Shown: positions 14,477-29,370, counted from the first letter of the stretch. The stretch: DNA of 64,000 bases from Octopus vulgaris (GCA_951406725.2 OX597814.1:1984001-2048000), one strand, 5' to 3'. A program made the numbers and translations. The notes: generated by a model from the letters alone, not told the origin.

Positions 14477-14528
<52 letters not shown>

Positions 14529-14529
<1 letters not shown>

Positions 14530-15359
14530 TAGCAGTTTTGCCCGGCTCGTGCGCTCGTGCGTTCTATGCACGCGCGAATTAAGCTAAACTTGGATGAAGT
14601 TCAATCAAAATACAATTATTTTGGTTTTAAAATCAAGCATTTAATGCCCTCTATTTTTGGGCTTATGTGTTCCATTTCCTCAATAGGAAGTACGTAGAAG
14701 CGTTTCATAAATTTTTGTTGATTAAATAATTGCATTGTTGAATTATTCTTTTAGATCATTATTTCTCAACGGGGATTTCAGGGGAGAGTTTCAGGGAGTC
14801 GCTGGCAATGTATCGTAATGATCAAAAATCCGTCCTGCTAAAATTTGGTTAAAGTGATTCAAACTGCAGACTCAACGCAAAATGGTCACATTTAATTCAA
14901 GGCGTTAAAAATGTTATGAAAACAATTGGTATGTGTTCACGAAGTCCAAACGATTAATACGAAAAAACCCTCCAGGCGACATCCCGAAAATTCATTTCTT
15001 TGCCGAATTTCTACAATGTTTACGGCGAATCGTTTTTATATCTTGATTTTTTTCATGCAATTTACGCATGCTTGCACGCGTGGTGATCACAGTTCACATC
15101 AAACAGCTGTCTGAGTAAAGTTCACTATTCAATGCATGGGATAAGGCCTAAACAAACACATTATCGATTTTTGCACTTGCTAGATGAATTTCGGAACAGA
15201 AATAGCACAGTTCAGTTTTCATTCGCCTAAACTTTAAGTGACCCATTTTTGGTGGTTCTACGATTTGTTGGCTAGGAGGAGATGTGCCGGGAAGTTAAAC
15301 ACACAGACACACACACAGATACACACACAGATACACAAGTTGAGTTTTATATACATAGA
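14529..15359 (-). mobile_element. Non-autonomous Helitron-like element
   Basis: On the minus strand: A|TCTATGTATATAAAACTC at the 5' end and a GC-rich subterminal segment CGAGCGCACGAGCCGGGC followed by CTAG|T at the 3' end, i.e. insertion between A and T. Confidence 0.75.
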
Positions 15360-15372
15360 TATAAATATATAC

Positions 15373-15429
<57 letters not shown>

Positions 15430-15480
15430 CATATATGTATATGTATATAAACACACACATACACACATGTATATATAAAC

Positions 15481-15518
<38 letters not shown>

Positions 15519-18000
15519 ACATATATATATATTATATATGTATATATGTATATATACATACATACATAGATATATGTGTGTGTGCGTGTGTCGGTGTGAA
15601 AGTAAACAGGCTTAAACTGATTTATGACCTAACCTATTAGGATATCATTAAATGTATGTGATGTGTCGTAATGACGGGGCACATTGGTCGTAAATATCTG
15701 ACAACTTACTCAAATCTCATATAAAACTATGATAACACTCAACTATCATATACTAAATTATGTTCTTCCACAGATTTTTTCCTCTTTTTTTCTCTCTCTA
15801 GTTTTCTTATCGGTTTTTTCTAGATGTCTTTTTTTTATCTTTTATTTTGGGTTTTTCCTTTACGTTTTCATCATCTCTCATTATTTACGCAAATTCTCTC
15901 TCTCTCTCTCTCTCATTGCTTGTTTCTGTCTTTGTCTCTTTAGACTCAAACACATGCGCACGCACACATATATAACTGTTCCGGAAGTATTGATTACTAA
16001 ATTAGTATGAGAAAATCAATCTTGCTGATACGAAGAATCATTGGTGAATGTGTGTGTGTGTGTATGTGTATGTGTGTGTATGTATATGTTCATCCCTACA
16101 GTTATGTATGTATCTTTTTGTGAGTCACATAGATAAACGTACATATCTACATCTATGTATATATACATATACATACGTACATATATAAATACATATATAC
16201 ATGTATATATATATATATATATATCTTGTCTGTGTCCGTCTGACTGACTGTCTGCCTGTCTCCCTCCATGTATATAAGTACATATAATTATATATATATA
16301 TACACACACAAGGCTAGATATTTATACATCTACAACTCTCTCTCTCTCTGTATATATATATATATATATACATATACGCGCACACAGATATATACACATA
16401 CGCACACACACGAATTTAGCTTAATCCAGAATACTGTTTATAATTTTTAATAGAACTACCAATTTGTTTAGGTTAGGTGAGGGGTTGATATGTATATGTG
16501 TGTGTGTAAATATGTAAATATATGTGCGTGCGTAACTGTGCGCTGTGTATATATGTTAACAGAGATAAACTGAAGACGTGACACAGCAGACAAGTTAAAA
16601 GATTGATAAATGAAACACGAAAAAGATTGCATGAAAGCTTCACAATAATGCATGATATTAAAAAATGAATCTGCCCCTATTGGCTCGCAACACCTCAAGC
16701 CTCGGCTCTGACTTTTGAAACTCTGTGGGTTCCACTCGTCCGTGAGCTACTCGGGAGTCGGAGCGAGCAAGAATGAGAAAATCTGTTGGTTGATATTTGA
16801 CTACATCTTTGCTATACGTGAAACATTATTCTGAGTGGCGACCTATCATATGCTACACTTAATATGACCCCCTTTCTTCACGGTTCCACTTTTCCATTTT
16901 CAGTTTCCTTTTTAGATCGTTTATTCATCACACATTTTTTAAATATGAAGAAGAATAAAAACATTTTCAGTTTGACAGAACCGCGATTTGGATACTTCGT
17001 CATTTTCATCTTCGTGTGTTTATATCTAAGCTGGTCATATTAATTAAGATAGCTTCTTCTATTCTCCGTTTCCCAATATTTCGTAACTTCAATAGAAAAA
17101 AAGGCCGTTTCCATAAGTATTTTTTGATGGAGGAGCTATTAACGTAGACGTCTTTCTCAACGTGTATGTGAACATGTCTCGTGGTACTCCCGATGTAGAA
17201 TTCATTTCATTTGCTACTCAATCTAATATCTGTTGGGTTTTTTATGCACTAATTGTATACTCCTCATTTATACATTCAATGATTTTAATTCACCGATTTT
17301 ATTAACGCTATTTTCATATTTTGTTTGCTCTTTGTTTCCACTTTTACGTTCTTTACTTTAAGTGTATATTTCCATGTATATTAACGTTTTAAGCTTGAAG
17401 ATGCTTCTTCTTAAGTTGGTCTGTTGAAATTAGGATTAATCTATTAAATTAGAATTACATTTTCACCAGAAATTATACATTTATGTTTTCGTTGTCTTCT
17501 ATTTTGTCTTGTGGTCGTTTTGTAGCTTCCAAATGTATATGTCATACGAAAACGTATCCTCTTTCACATCTATTTTCTGCCTATTCTCATTGGGTATCGA
17601 ATCAATTCTTTTTATGTGAAGAAGACATTGCAGACTTCAAATTCCAAGCCTTTAGACAATAACCATATTTCCTGTTCACTTTTTACCAAACGTTAGCAAC
17701 CCCCAAATGTTAGGGGTTGTTTCGTGTTTAGAAACTTGTTCACCGATAATTGTGTTAATAGGTAGTGGTCAGTTGTCAAATAGTGTAGGATTTTGAAGAA
17801 GGATCCTTTTTTACTGCGTCCATTGTATGGTCTGCGGCCACGCTGGAGCAAGGCGTGCAAGACTTTTAATCGATAATTATATTGAGCATGAATCATTGCT
17901 GAAATCTTGAATGCAAAGAGAGAGTATTGAGTGTGTGTGTGAATGTATGTAAGCATGTATGTATGTATGCACGCATGCGTGTATATAGTATTATGTATAC

Positions 18001-18057
<57 letters not shown>

Positions 18058-18060
18058 TAT

Positions 18061-18100
<40 letters not shown>

Positions 18101-18494
18101 ATAAGTACATGTTTATATATATATATATATATATACACGGACACACATACGTACATAAATTTAACTCACACAACACAAACGACACAATAGCTATGTCAAA
18201 CTAGAAACAAAGGAGAGAATATTTCGTTATTCCGTTAGAAATATTCTGCAAGTGTTTATTGGATTAGAGAAAAGGTTATTCACAAAATCTGTTGATTTCT
18301 TAACTAAAACAAAAAGAACAACAACGGCAACTGCGACGACGACGACGACCACGATAAAAACTACAATGACAAATGAAACGGTAGATTCTGTGATCCGGCG
18401 GTGGCGCGGGATATGGCCTCTATGGCTTTACATTCAATTGCAGTATACGTTTCTGCTGCGATGGTAATAATTGTGTGCGGTATATATACATACA

Positions 18495-18529
<35 letters not shown>

Positions 18530-18697
18530 GTTTGTGTATATTTGTATGTGTGTGTGTGTATATATATGTATGTATATACATAGACTCATACATGCATATA
18601 TATATAGATAGGTAAATATGTACATACGTATATAGATATGCATATATATACATATGTATACATATATATATACATACATACACACACATATATACAC

Positions 18698-18778
<81 letters not shown>

Positions 18779-19122
18779 CCTGCATATATATATAGATATC
18801 TACGTACCTACATACATATACGTATATCTAAAGATATGTATATACATGCATATATATATATACATATATATGTATATACATATATATACATATATATATA
18901 CACATATATATATACATACAGACATATAAATACATATATATATATACATATGTATATACACACATTTATATATGTATGTATACATATATATACATACATA
19001 TATATACATGCATATATATATATTTATATATATACACACATATATATATATATATATCTATATATCTACATACATATATACATTTATCTATATATCTACA
19101 TACATTTATATATGTATATATG

Positions 19123-19281
<159 letters not shown>

Positions 19282-19705
19282 TATATATACATATATCATG
19301 TATCGATATATATGCGTGTGTGTGATTGTACGAGTGTCTATAGAGGTTTGTATGCGTATGTGTGTAGAGGTATTTGTGCGTGAAGGTTTTTTTTAGATGC
19401 CTCTAATGACGAGGAAGTCGTCGATGGCGATGGCGACGCGCTAATTCTTCTAATATGGTCTCAGATAAGAAATAAGTTTTAGAGAATAAAAGTCTTGTGT
19501 AACCTTTGGAATAAATGAATTTAGCTTTGTCTGTTTCTGATAGAAGACGCTGTACTGCAGCTCTTGGAAACAATGCACTTAAACAAAGGCTTCCGCACAC
19601 ATGCAAGAGCTCATATAAACGTGCACTCGCGGACGCGTATATACATATGTATATCTATATCTATATGAATATATATTTATATATGTGTATATTTATATAT
19701 GTATA

Positions 19706-19737
<32 letters not shown>

Positions 19738-19909
19738 CGTATATATACGTATATACACTTGTAAATATATGTGAATATACATGCATATATGCTTCTAGAT
19801 ATACGTACATATGATATATGTGTACATACAAATATACTTGCAAATGTTATATACATATACAAGCTTATATATATATATATATTTATAAATGTATAAATTT
19901 ATATATATG

Positions 19910-19948
<39 letters not shown>

Positions 19949-20598
19949 GTATATACGTATGTATATATACATATATTGTATATATATATGAATATATTAA
20001 TGTATGTGTGTATATACTTATATATATATCTTTGTGTATACATACACATGTAATTGTGTGCATATATATATATATGCATACATGTCCACATATATATGTG
20101 CGTGTGTGTTTGTGTAGATATGTATATATAAACATATGTTTGTATGTGTATGTTTGTATATATGTATATATATATATATGCGTGTATGTATGTATGTATG
20201 AATTATGTATGCACTATTCAGCGTGTTTGAAGAATTTGATATTGATATCCGATACAGATATACGATGTACTGTTTAATCAACAGAAATTTAACCTTACTG
20301 AGATAATTAGAATATGCACTGTTATGAAGATTATACTAGTTCAACTGAGTACTAGATTTGCTAGTACAATACCCAGGTATAAATGTCTAATTACTCTGTC
20401 AACAGAAAATGGTATTCTTTGTTTGGCAAATTTCTAAGAACACCAGAATCTGCTTTATTAAAACGCACATCGTATAATACATTTCTATAAAACATCCATC
20501 CATTCGTCTATCCATCGATCTATCCATCGATTTATCCATATCCATACACACACATACAGAGATTTACGCATACATACATACATACATACATACATACA

Positions 20599-21158
20599 TG
20601 GAAAACGTTTATGAAATCCCGTTTTGAAGGCTATGTACATGCAATTGAAGAACAAAATGTGTCAACGAAGTGCCTACACTATAAGAGACGGTAAATGTTG
20701 TCAGACAACACATGTAGTCTGTTCAAGTTCAGGACAGAAGACATCAACCAAATTATTGTTAACTGTGACAGAATCTCTTCCAGATATTATCTTTCTCTGA
20801 GGCATGATGCCAGAACGGTCTGGAAGGGGATAACAACAAAACAAAAAAAGAAACAATACCTACAGACGAATTTCATTAAAAGAATATTAGCGGAAATTAA
20901 ACATTAAAATGTCCACCAATTTAAACCGGTCAGATATTGTTGCGTGGGATCACATGGAAAAGATATGTTCGGTTGTGGAAATCAGCTACCATAGGCGCAG
21001 GAGTGGCTGTGTGGTAAGTAGCTTGTCTACCAACCACATAGTTCCGGGTTCAGTCCCACTGCGTGGCACCTTGGGCAAGTGTCTTCTACTAAAGCCTCGG
21101 GTCGACCAATGCCTTGTGAGTGGATTTGGTAGACGGAAATTGAAAGAAGCCTGTCGTA

Positions 21159-21229
<71 letters not shown>

Positions 21230-21520
21230 TTGTGTGTCCCCCTAGCGTTGTTTGACAACCGATGCTGGTGTGTTTACGTCCCCGTCACTTAGCGGTTCGG
21301 CAAAAGAGACCGATAGAATAAGTACTGGGCTTACAAAAGAATAAGTCCCGGGGTCGAGTTGTTCGACTAAAGGCGGTGCTCCAGCATGGCCGCAGTCAAA
21401 TGACTGAAACAAGTAAAAGAGTAAAAAAGAGTAAAGAGTATCTGGGCACCAATCTGGCTAGAAAAAAGGGAGTAATAAGACATCAGTGGACCGTTGATAA
21501 AAACTCTGAGTCCAAATAAG
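20599..21520 (+). mobile_element. Degenerate R4/Dong-like retrotransposon fragment interrupted by a SINE
   Basis: SRFEGYVHAIEEQ..STK..DNTCSLFK..TEDINQII..C..ISSRYYLSLRHD..NRSDIVAWD..KICSVVEIS is a decayed CCHC plus RPD RLE motif. The SINE sits immediately after VEISY. Confidence 0.7.
20994..21438 (+). mobile_element. Full-length SINE family A (tRNA head, CORE-like domain, internal TA/TG microsatellite, CR1-like tail)
   Basis: TGGCTGTGTGG A box; GGGTTCAGTCCC B box; GGCACCTTGGGCAAGTGTCTT CORE-like domain; (GTAAAAGA)n-like tail. Confidence 0.9.
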
Positions 21521-22414
21521 AGAACGAAGAATGAATTCAAATATTTGTTTATTTTTAGCTAAAATCGTTTTTAACGCCATTGCATAGAAATGATTTCGTG
21601 TGGAACTTGACGCAATATTTGCTGTTGATTACATTGTAAGTAATAAAACCATTCTTCGTCTTCCTGTTTAGATTATTTGTTATTCTTCGTACGAACCACT
21701 CAATGGTTTAACGTGTGACGTACCAGTGAACATTCAACTCACTTCGAGATTCCTGTTCGAGAGTTGAGATAGCCGGGAGTTCACGCTGAGAGCTGCACTG
21801 GAAAAACACCGAGTTTCTACTCTATCAGGACCTACAATAAACACACACACACACACACACACAGAGATAAACACACACACACACACACACACAGAGATAA
21901 ACACACACACACACATACACACAGAGACAAACACGCGCACACACACACACGGTTCCTTTCAGTTTCCGTGGACCAAATCCCTTCACAAATGATTTGGTTA
22001 ACACAAGACTATAGGGGAAGACTATGTCAACATACTTTTATGATATCACTGAAATCGGCAACAGAAGCACCTACCTGGTCCTTCAACTTGCTAGTAATAG
22101 CAACTAAATCCTTTTTAAATAATTGTTTCTAATTTAAGTTCAAGAAGGGGAAGAGGTTGGTCGATATCATCGGACCCAGTATACGACTGGTACTTTATTT
22201 CGTTGACTCGAAACACTGAAAAGAAAGGTTGTGCTCAGGGGCGTTTAAACACACAAACTAAAGAGTCAATAAAATTGCACTCTAGGTATTTTTGGATGCT
22301 CAACCTATCCTTACACTATCACGATCCACTATCACTAAAATCTCTAAATATTACTTTACAGTTTGAGAACAAAGAGGAAGGACTTAATACCTGATGGCTT
22401 TAAATTTTGAGAAG

Positions 22415-22588
22415 CGGTAAGTCGACTACATCGATCCCAGTGCTCAACCCGTACTAATTTTATCGATCCTGAGGGGATGAAAGGCAAAGTCGACCTCGAC
22501 GGTGAAATTTGAACTCAGAACGTATGGACAACTGAAATACTACTTCGCATTTTTCCCAGCGTCCTAACGATTCAACCAGGGCGCCACC
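22415..22588 (-). mobile_element. SINE family B (older copy)
   Basis: Reverse complement of the family B head and body. Confidence 0.75.
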
Positions 22589-22605
22589 TTTGGACGCATT
22601 ATATA

Positions 22606-22835
22606 TATTCTTTACTACCCACAAGGGACCAACTACAGAGAGGACAAACAAGGACAGACAAACGGACTAAGTCGATTATATCGACCCCAGTGCGTAACTG
22701 CTACTTATTTAATCGACCCCGAAAGGATGAAAGGCAAAGTCGACCTCGGCGGAATTTGAACTCACAACGTAACGACAGACGAAATACCGCTAAGCATTTC
22801 GCCCGGTGTGCTAACGTTTCTGCCAGCTCGCCGCC
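22606..22835 (-). mobile_element. Full-length SINE family B with 17-bp TSD
   Basis: TSD TTTGGACGCATTATATA at 22589-22605 and 22836-22852. Confidence 0.9.
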
Positions 22836-23313
22836 TTTGGACGCATTATATAATGTTAGCTTAAATCCTAAATATGTTGGGCTAGTCACGATTGGAACGT
22901 TTGTGATCTATGTGCTCGATCTGTTTGACCTAGGGGTAAGCATAATGAATGAAAAAACATGCCGTTCATGACCATCATAAGTTATTATTCGGTATCATAA
23001 AGAATTGGATTAAAGCAACGATAAACGAGACAGAACGGTTACATAGAATGATAGACAGACAGGGATTCTTTACTTATTAAATACAGTTGATAAACTAAAA
23101 TTCTAACACACTGAAGTGTGTATGTGCGTCTGTGAGAGCGCGTGTGTGTGAGCATGCGTGTATAAATATATATATATACATACTCACGGATATACGTATT
23201 TGTTCATATATAAATAACACATACATACTCACGGATATACGTATTTGTTCATATATAAATAACACATACAAACACACTTACATGAAAGCATATAAATATG
23301 AATATATACATAT

Positions 23314-23406
<93 letters not shown>

Positions 23407-23409
23407 TAT

Positions 23410-23638
<229 letters not shown>

Positions 23639-24810
23639 TACATTTTTACGTACATAGCTGAATTGAGAAAAAGTGAGAAAGACAGTAGAATGAGAAAGAA
23701 CGAGATTAAGAGCAAGAGAGCAAGAGAGAGAGGGAGAGAGAGAGAGGGAGAGAGAGAGAGAGGGGAGAGAGGGGAGAGAGAAAGAGAGAGGAGGGGTAGT
23801 GAAGGAAAAGTCGAATCTTTTACTATTGTAACAATGAAAAGATTGCTTTAGAAGAGAACAAATAACACCATCTACGCCATTATTATCACGTTACAACTTT
23901 TAAAAATGAGGACATTTAAAAATATTTCATAATTGAATTACATTGAAAAATAAGCTTTCTCTACAATAATTCAATTTATGAATTCCACGTTTATTAGAGA
24001 TATTATTTCTTATAGCACACACTTAACTCTGTTAAGTCGAAAATATTCTACCATTCCTCTCGTAATATTTAAACCATCTTATAAACAGTGTTAGCGGAGC
24101 TAAAAGCGCTGTTGCTTAAAAGTTCCTCATCGCCATTAGGTACTTTTAGACATGGCCTTCCTGTCTATTGAAGCATGGCTGAATCAACAAGTGATTTCAT
24201 TTCCTGGTTTATGGATTCCGTGACGACTACACACATACGCGCGCGTACACATACATACACACACATACGTATATACTCGCATCCATACACGCACATATTC
24301 ACATATAGTACACACTCATAAACACGCAGACAGACACACAGAAACACGCACGTAAACGCTCACATACACGCAAACACACAAACACTGTTACACACACATA
24401 TTGACAAACACACACACATACACCCTTACAGACATAGATGCACATAAACACGCATACATACACAAACACACACATAGACATATAGACATACACACATATG
24501 TACATATAGGCACAAAAACACATAGGTACACAATCACAAACGTATAAACATAGACACACATACACATACAAACATGCATATATACACATACACGCACAAA
24601 CACGCAGATACACACACCTATACAAGCATACACACATATGCACACCCATACAGATGCACACATACACAAAGACACACACTCATACACATATACACATATA
24701 CATAGACATATACACACACAAGCACACACACATATACATACATATATACATACACACGCACAAAGACAAACCCACACATATTTACACGTATGACACCACG
24801 ATCGGCAGAC

Positions 24811-24946
24811 ACTTTGCCTTTCATCCTTTCGGGGTCGATAAATTAAGTACCAGTTACGCACTGGGGTCGATGTAATCGACTTAATACCTATGTATGTCCT
24901 TGTTTGTCCGCTCTGTGTTTAGCCCCTTGTGGGTAGTAAAGAAATA
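24811..24946 (+). mobile_element. 5'-truncated SINE family B
   Basis: Body and tail match the other family B copies. Confidence 0.85.
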
Positions 24947-25529
24947 GGAATACCGCAACAGGGTATAATTATTTACTTCGACAGAATCAAACGTTTGTTA
25001 CTCAGGAGTTTCCCCTGACTACATATGTCGTCCAAATATAATATTGCAAAACTATACCGAGATGCTTCTGCAATGTTATCCGTCGGAAGTCTGCTTGGGA
25101 AGAAATATATTTCTGGAACACACCAAAGCTTTAATTAAATATAAACATAACACACCAAATGTAATTGAGAACAAATAACCTGCTTAGATATAATACATTT
25201 CTAAATCTCTCAGAGAGATTTATGCAGTAGCAGCACGATAAAGTGATAAGATGTTGTCAACTTAATGTGACAGTCCCATAAAAGGGAAGAATGCTACTGT
25301 TATTTAACCCTAGGAAACACCGTATCCTGTTGTCTCAGAGAGATTTATGCAGTAGCAGAATGATAAAGTGGTGGTATGTTGTCAACTTAATGTGACAGTC
25401 CCATAAAAGGGAAGAATGTTACTGTTATTTAACCCTAGGAGACACTGTTTCCTGTTGGACTTGACTCGTTTTCTGTGTCCTTATGTTTAAAAGGGGGAGA
25501 TAAGCACCTCCACCCAGCAAAGCCAACAT

Positions 25530-25570
25530 CCAGAGACTAGTTTCAGAGTCATTGTTCACCATCAGTCTGG
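25530..25570 (-). ncRNA. Hammerhead ribozyme paralog, probably inactivated
   Basis: CCAGA-CUGAUGG-UGAACAAUGACUCU-GAAA-CUAG-UC-UCUGG: core A9 is changed to G and stem II is disrupted. Confidence 0.65.
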
Positions 25571-25994
25571 AGTAGCATGGTTTGCTGGCTGTCGATGCCT
25601 ATCCGCCTTTGAAAACAGAGATTTCAAGTGAAATACATTTACTGATTTTTGAAAATAGAAATGATACATTTCTAAATCTCTGAGAGAGATTTATGCAATA
25701 GCAGTACAATAAAGTGATGGTATGTTATCAACTTAATGTGGCAGTCCCATGAAAGGGAAGAATGCTACTGTTATTTAACCCTAGGAAACACCGTATCCTG
25801 TTGTCTCAGAGAGATTTATGCAGTAGCAGAACAATAAAGTGATGGTATGTTGTCAGCTTAATGTGGCAGTCCCATGAAAGGGAAGAATGTTATTTAACCC
25901 TAGGAAACACCGTTTCCTGTTGGGCTTGACACATTTCCTGTGTCCTAATGTTTTGAAAGTGGAGACAAGCACCTCCACCCACCAAAGCCAACAC

Positions 25995-26035
25995 CCAGAG
26001 ACTAGTTTCAGAGTCATTGCTCTTCATCAGTCTGG
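25995..26035 (-). ncRNA. Minimal type I hammerhead ribozyme (intact core)
   Basis: Minus strand reads CCAGA-CUGAUGA-AGAG(CAAUGA)CUCU-GAAA-CUAG-UC-UCUGG: full core, stem I CCAGA/UCUGG, stem II AGAG/CUCU, palindromic stem III and a GUC cleavage triplet. Confidence 0.85.
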
Positions 26036-26234
26036 AGTAGCGTGGCTTACTAGCTGTCGATGCCTATCCGCCTTTGAAAACAGAGAGATTTCAAGTTTCC
26101 TTGGGCTAAATAACAGTAGCATTCTTCCCTTTTATGGGACTGTCACATTAAGTTGACAGCATGCTATCAAATAATGTGCTGTTGTAGAGATCAGCATCCA
26201 GGTAGATGAGAACGTATTTTTTCCTTTTTCCAAA

Positions 26235-26616
26235 TCTCTCTCTAGATAAAGCTGAAATTGTCTGTGTATGGCATGTTTGGTAGCCTTCAACTAACACTAT
26301 CACCTCCGAGACCACGCGGCGCAAGTTGACCAAAATTGAAAGTATGATAGAAGAAGGTTTGCTCTTCCTTTCGTAGAAATCGGGCCATGTTAACACCAAA
26401 AATTATTTACATCAAAAAGGTGCTTTTTTTCTATGAAAATCCCTATTTTTTACAATTTTTTTTACTACTGTGTCGCCATTTTTCGGTGTATTTCAACCAG
26501 AAAAATGTTCACTTAAAGAGAACAACAAGCTACATAATGCAAATTTTTTACTTTTCAAAAATTCCAATTCTAAAGGGTCGAAACAAATACGAGCAACGCT
26601 GGGCTATAACTGCTAG
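26235..26616 (+). mobile_element. Non-autonomous Helitron-like element
   Basis: A|TCTCTCTCTAGATAAAGCTG at the 5' end; CGAGCAACGCTGGG hairpin remnant followed by CTAG|T at the 3' end. Confidence 0.75.
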
Positions 26617-27109
26617 TCATTGAAAAAGCAAACGTTTATTGACAACAGGTTTGAAACCTCCAACTGTCCACATTATAGATTTACAATTATATCAGTAATT
26701 ATTAGCTCTTTTGTTTATAAATTGAACACTTATATTATAGTTGGTTTTCTGAAGCAAAGTAGCAATGTAGCAAATATTGAACAGAATCGATCCTAGCAGA
26801 ACTGTGGAAAGCGCTTGAATATTTACTTAAAATTAAGGATAATGTTTTTTACTCTCGTCGGTATTTCGTTTCCTGTGATGGAGTTTTCTTTCTTTCTTAG
26901 GATTACTTTTACGGAAAATTTATACAAATTCGGTCCACAAAGGCATTCCCTATCTACATTTATACGTGGATTGATCAAAAGAAAATATCCTACGAACGTT
27001 TGTATGCACGCATAATTAAAAAAAAAAAAGTCTTATAAACCCTGAAGATGAATAAAACAATAAATTCATATATATACACGTGTATAACGTATATAAACAT
27101 AATGGGTTT

Positions 27110-27142
<33 letters not shown>

Positions 27143-27182
27143 TATATGTATATATATGCATGTAAGTGTATATATATATGTA

Positions 27183-27251
<69 letters not shown>

Positions 27252-27315
27252 GCCTGTCTATCTATCTGCCTGTCTATCTATCTATCTATCTATCTATATC
27301 TAAAAATATGTATAC

Positions 27316-27433
<118 letters not shown>

Positions 27434-27449
27434 CTAAAAATATGTATAC

Positions 27450-27496
<47 letters not shown>

Positions 27497-28609
27497 TATG
27501 TATATGTACGGACATACAAGTTTTTATCATATAAATTGTTATTATACGTGGATATTGCAGACCACAAGAACTTCATGTATGAGAGAATCTGGTGCCTAAG
27601 AAGCAGCTTTACCACAATTCCTTGCTAATTCTACCATTGTCTAAATACACAGCCAGATTTATAATGTAATTCGCCTTTAAATAACCACGTGAATAATAGT
27701 CATACATACACGCACACACTCATACGTATGTGTATGCTTGAATCCATATACATATATATATGTGTGTGTGCGCGTGTGTATGTGTATGTGTGTGTGTATA
27801 TATGCTCGTGTCTATATATATATATATATATGTGTGTGGTGTATATACATATCTATGTATATATAAATATATCTTTGTAACTTGTATGTATATGTGAGTG
27901 TGTGTGTATGCGTGTGTATGCGCGTGTGTGTGTTTGTGTGTGTGTGTGTGTGCTAATTTACTCATATACTAAGCCTAGTCATCTGTTACCAATCACATAA
28001 ACAATGGTCTTTTCCCAATGAAGATGGCCGCCATGAATCATAGCTTTCTCAATCTTATTATATAAACGGTGTATCAGTAATCAACTCGATATTAGCAACA
28101 TTTATCGAAGATATTCTCAAAAGATATCTAACCAATTTTCCGAGATCGTTCTCTTGGCAAATTACGTTTAAATTGTTGAGATAATGGTCATGTTTAGGAT
28201 GGCTGTTCTGCGAGCAATGATTTAAGGAATTTGGTTTCGAAGAAATTGCCTTCGAGTCTTAGTGACTTTCGACTGTAGCTTCGATCCCAGCACTTCAGTT
28301 CCACGTGGATGATCGCTGCTAGAGATAGGAACTCTCTAGTAAAAGAAGACTAAGAAGAGAGAAAATTAATGTTTTCTTTTTATGATTGGTTTTCAACAAA
28401 ACTTAAGTCTCTCGTTGATTTCGGAATATTGTCTTTTCCTCAACACATATATATTTCTTCTTACGTTTTTTAATACTCAATTAACTAAATAAGGTAACAG
28501 TCATTTATCTATTGCCTTTTTTTTAAAATATGAAGCTGGTGACCCTGAGAATATGTTGTATAAACTAAGCATGTATGTGTGTACGTATTGAATATTTCGT
28601 TAATTTGTC

Positions 28610-28815
28610 TTTGTGTGTTAGTCTCCCATCACCGCTTGACAAACGGCGTTAGTGTGTTTATGTCTTCGCAACTTAAGGGTTCGTTAAAAGAAGTCGATAG
28701 AATAAGTACCAGGCTTTCAAAATAAGTATTGGGGTCGACCAGTTCGACTGAAATTCTTGAAGGCGGTGCCCTAGTATGACTGCAGTCTAATGAGTGAAAC
28801 AAGTAAAAGAATAAA
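28610..28815 (+). mobile_element. SINE family A, 3' half
   Basis: CGCTTGACAAACGG...AATAAGTACCAGG...GGCGGTGCCCTAGTATG...GAAACAAGTAAAAGA. Confidence 0.75.
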
Positions 28816-28828
28816 ATACATACATACA

Positions 28829-28860
<32 letters not shown>

Positions 28861-28986
28861 AATAATTTGGGAAAACAACACAGTTGAAACTTTGGCGTTG
28901 TTTGAAGTGGTAGCGCATCTCTTCTTTTGTTCCTGGCAAAAAATAGATTTATCTTTCATTCAAGTTACCCTTTATTGACATTTAAA

Positions 28987-29370
28987 ATGGATGACCCAAA
29001 ATTTCATATTCGCGTTGTAATGCTTTTGTTTTTTTATAATAAAAGGAGAAAAGGCTGCCAAGACTTGCAAAAATATTTGTGACGTTTATGATGATGATGA
29101 TGCTGCAGGTGAAGCAACTGTTCGAAGACTGTTTGCAAAATTTAAAGTTGTAGAGTTTGGCTTGGAATATGACAATTGCTGTGGAAGACCTTCAAAATTG
29201 GATGTTTTGGTGTTTTGAAGGCAAAAATCGAAGAAAACTCAAATCTCATGACTAGAGAACTTTCAGAGGAGTTGGAAGTTTGTAAAAGTACAGCTCGTGA
29301 AAATCTAGAGAAGCTAGGATACAGTTCTTGCTATAACGTATGGGTCCCTCACAAACTCTCAGAAAAGAAT
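28987..29370 (+). mobile_element. Degenerate mariner transposase N-terminal half
   Basis: MDDPKFHIRVVML..KGEKAAKTCKNICDVY..EATVRRLFAKFK..GRPS..LKAKIEENSNLMTRELSEELEV..LGY..VWVPHKL; the WVPHxL motif is diagnostic of mariner. Confidence 0.85.

Larger units (their letters stand above)
25193..26170 (-). mobile_element. Penelope-like/retrozyme-like tandem repeat: two ~470-bp units (each with an internal ~120-bp duplication) plus an inverted partial copy
   Basis: Units start TACATTTCTAAATCTC at ~25194 and ~25665. An inverted segment lies at ~26095-26168. Each unit contains a hammerhead motif. Confidence 0.75.

Noticed and set aside
23179-23268. 45-bp direct duplication (similar short duplications at 21838-21930, 27300-27492 and 37095-37250)
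   Set aside because: Ordinary slippage duplications in microsatellite-rich DNA.
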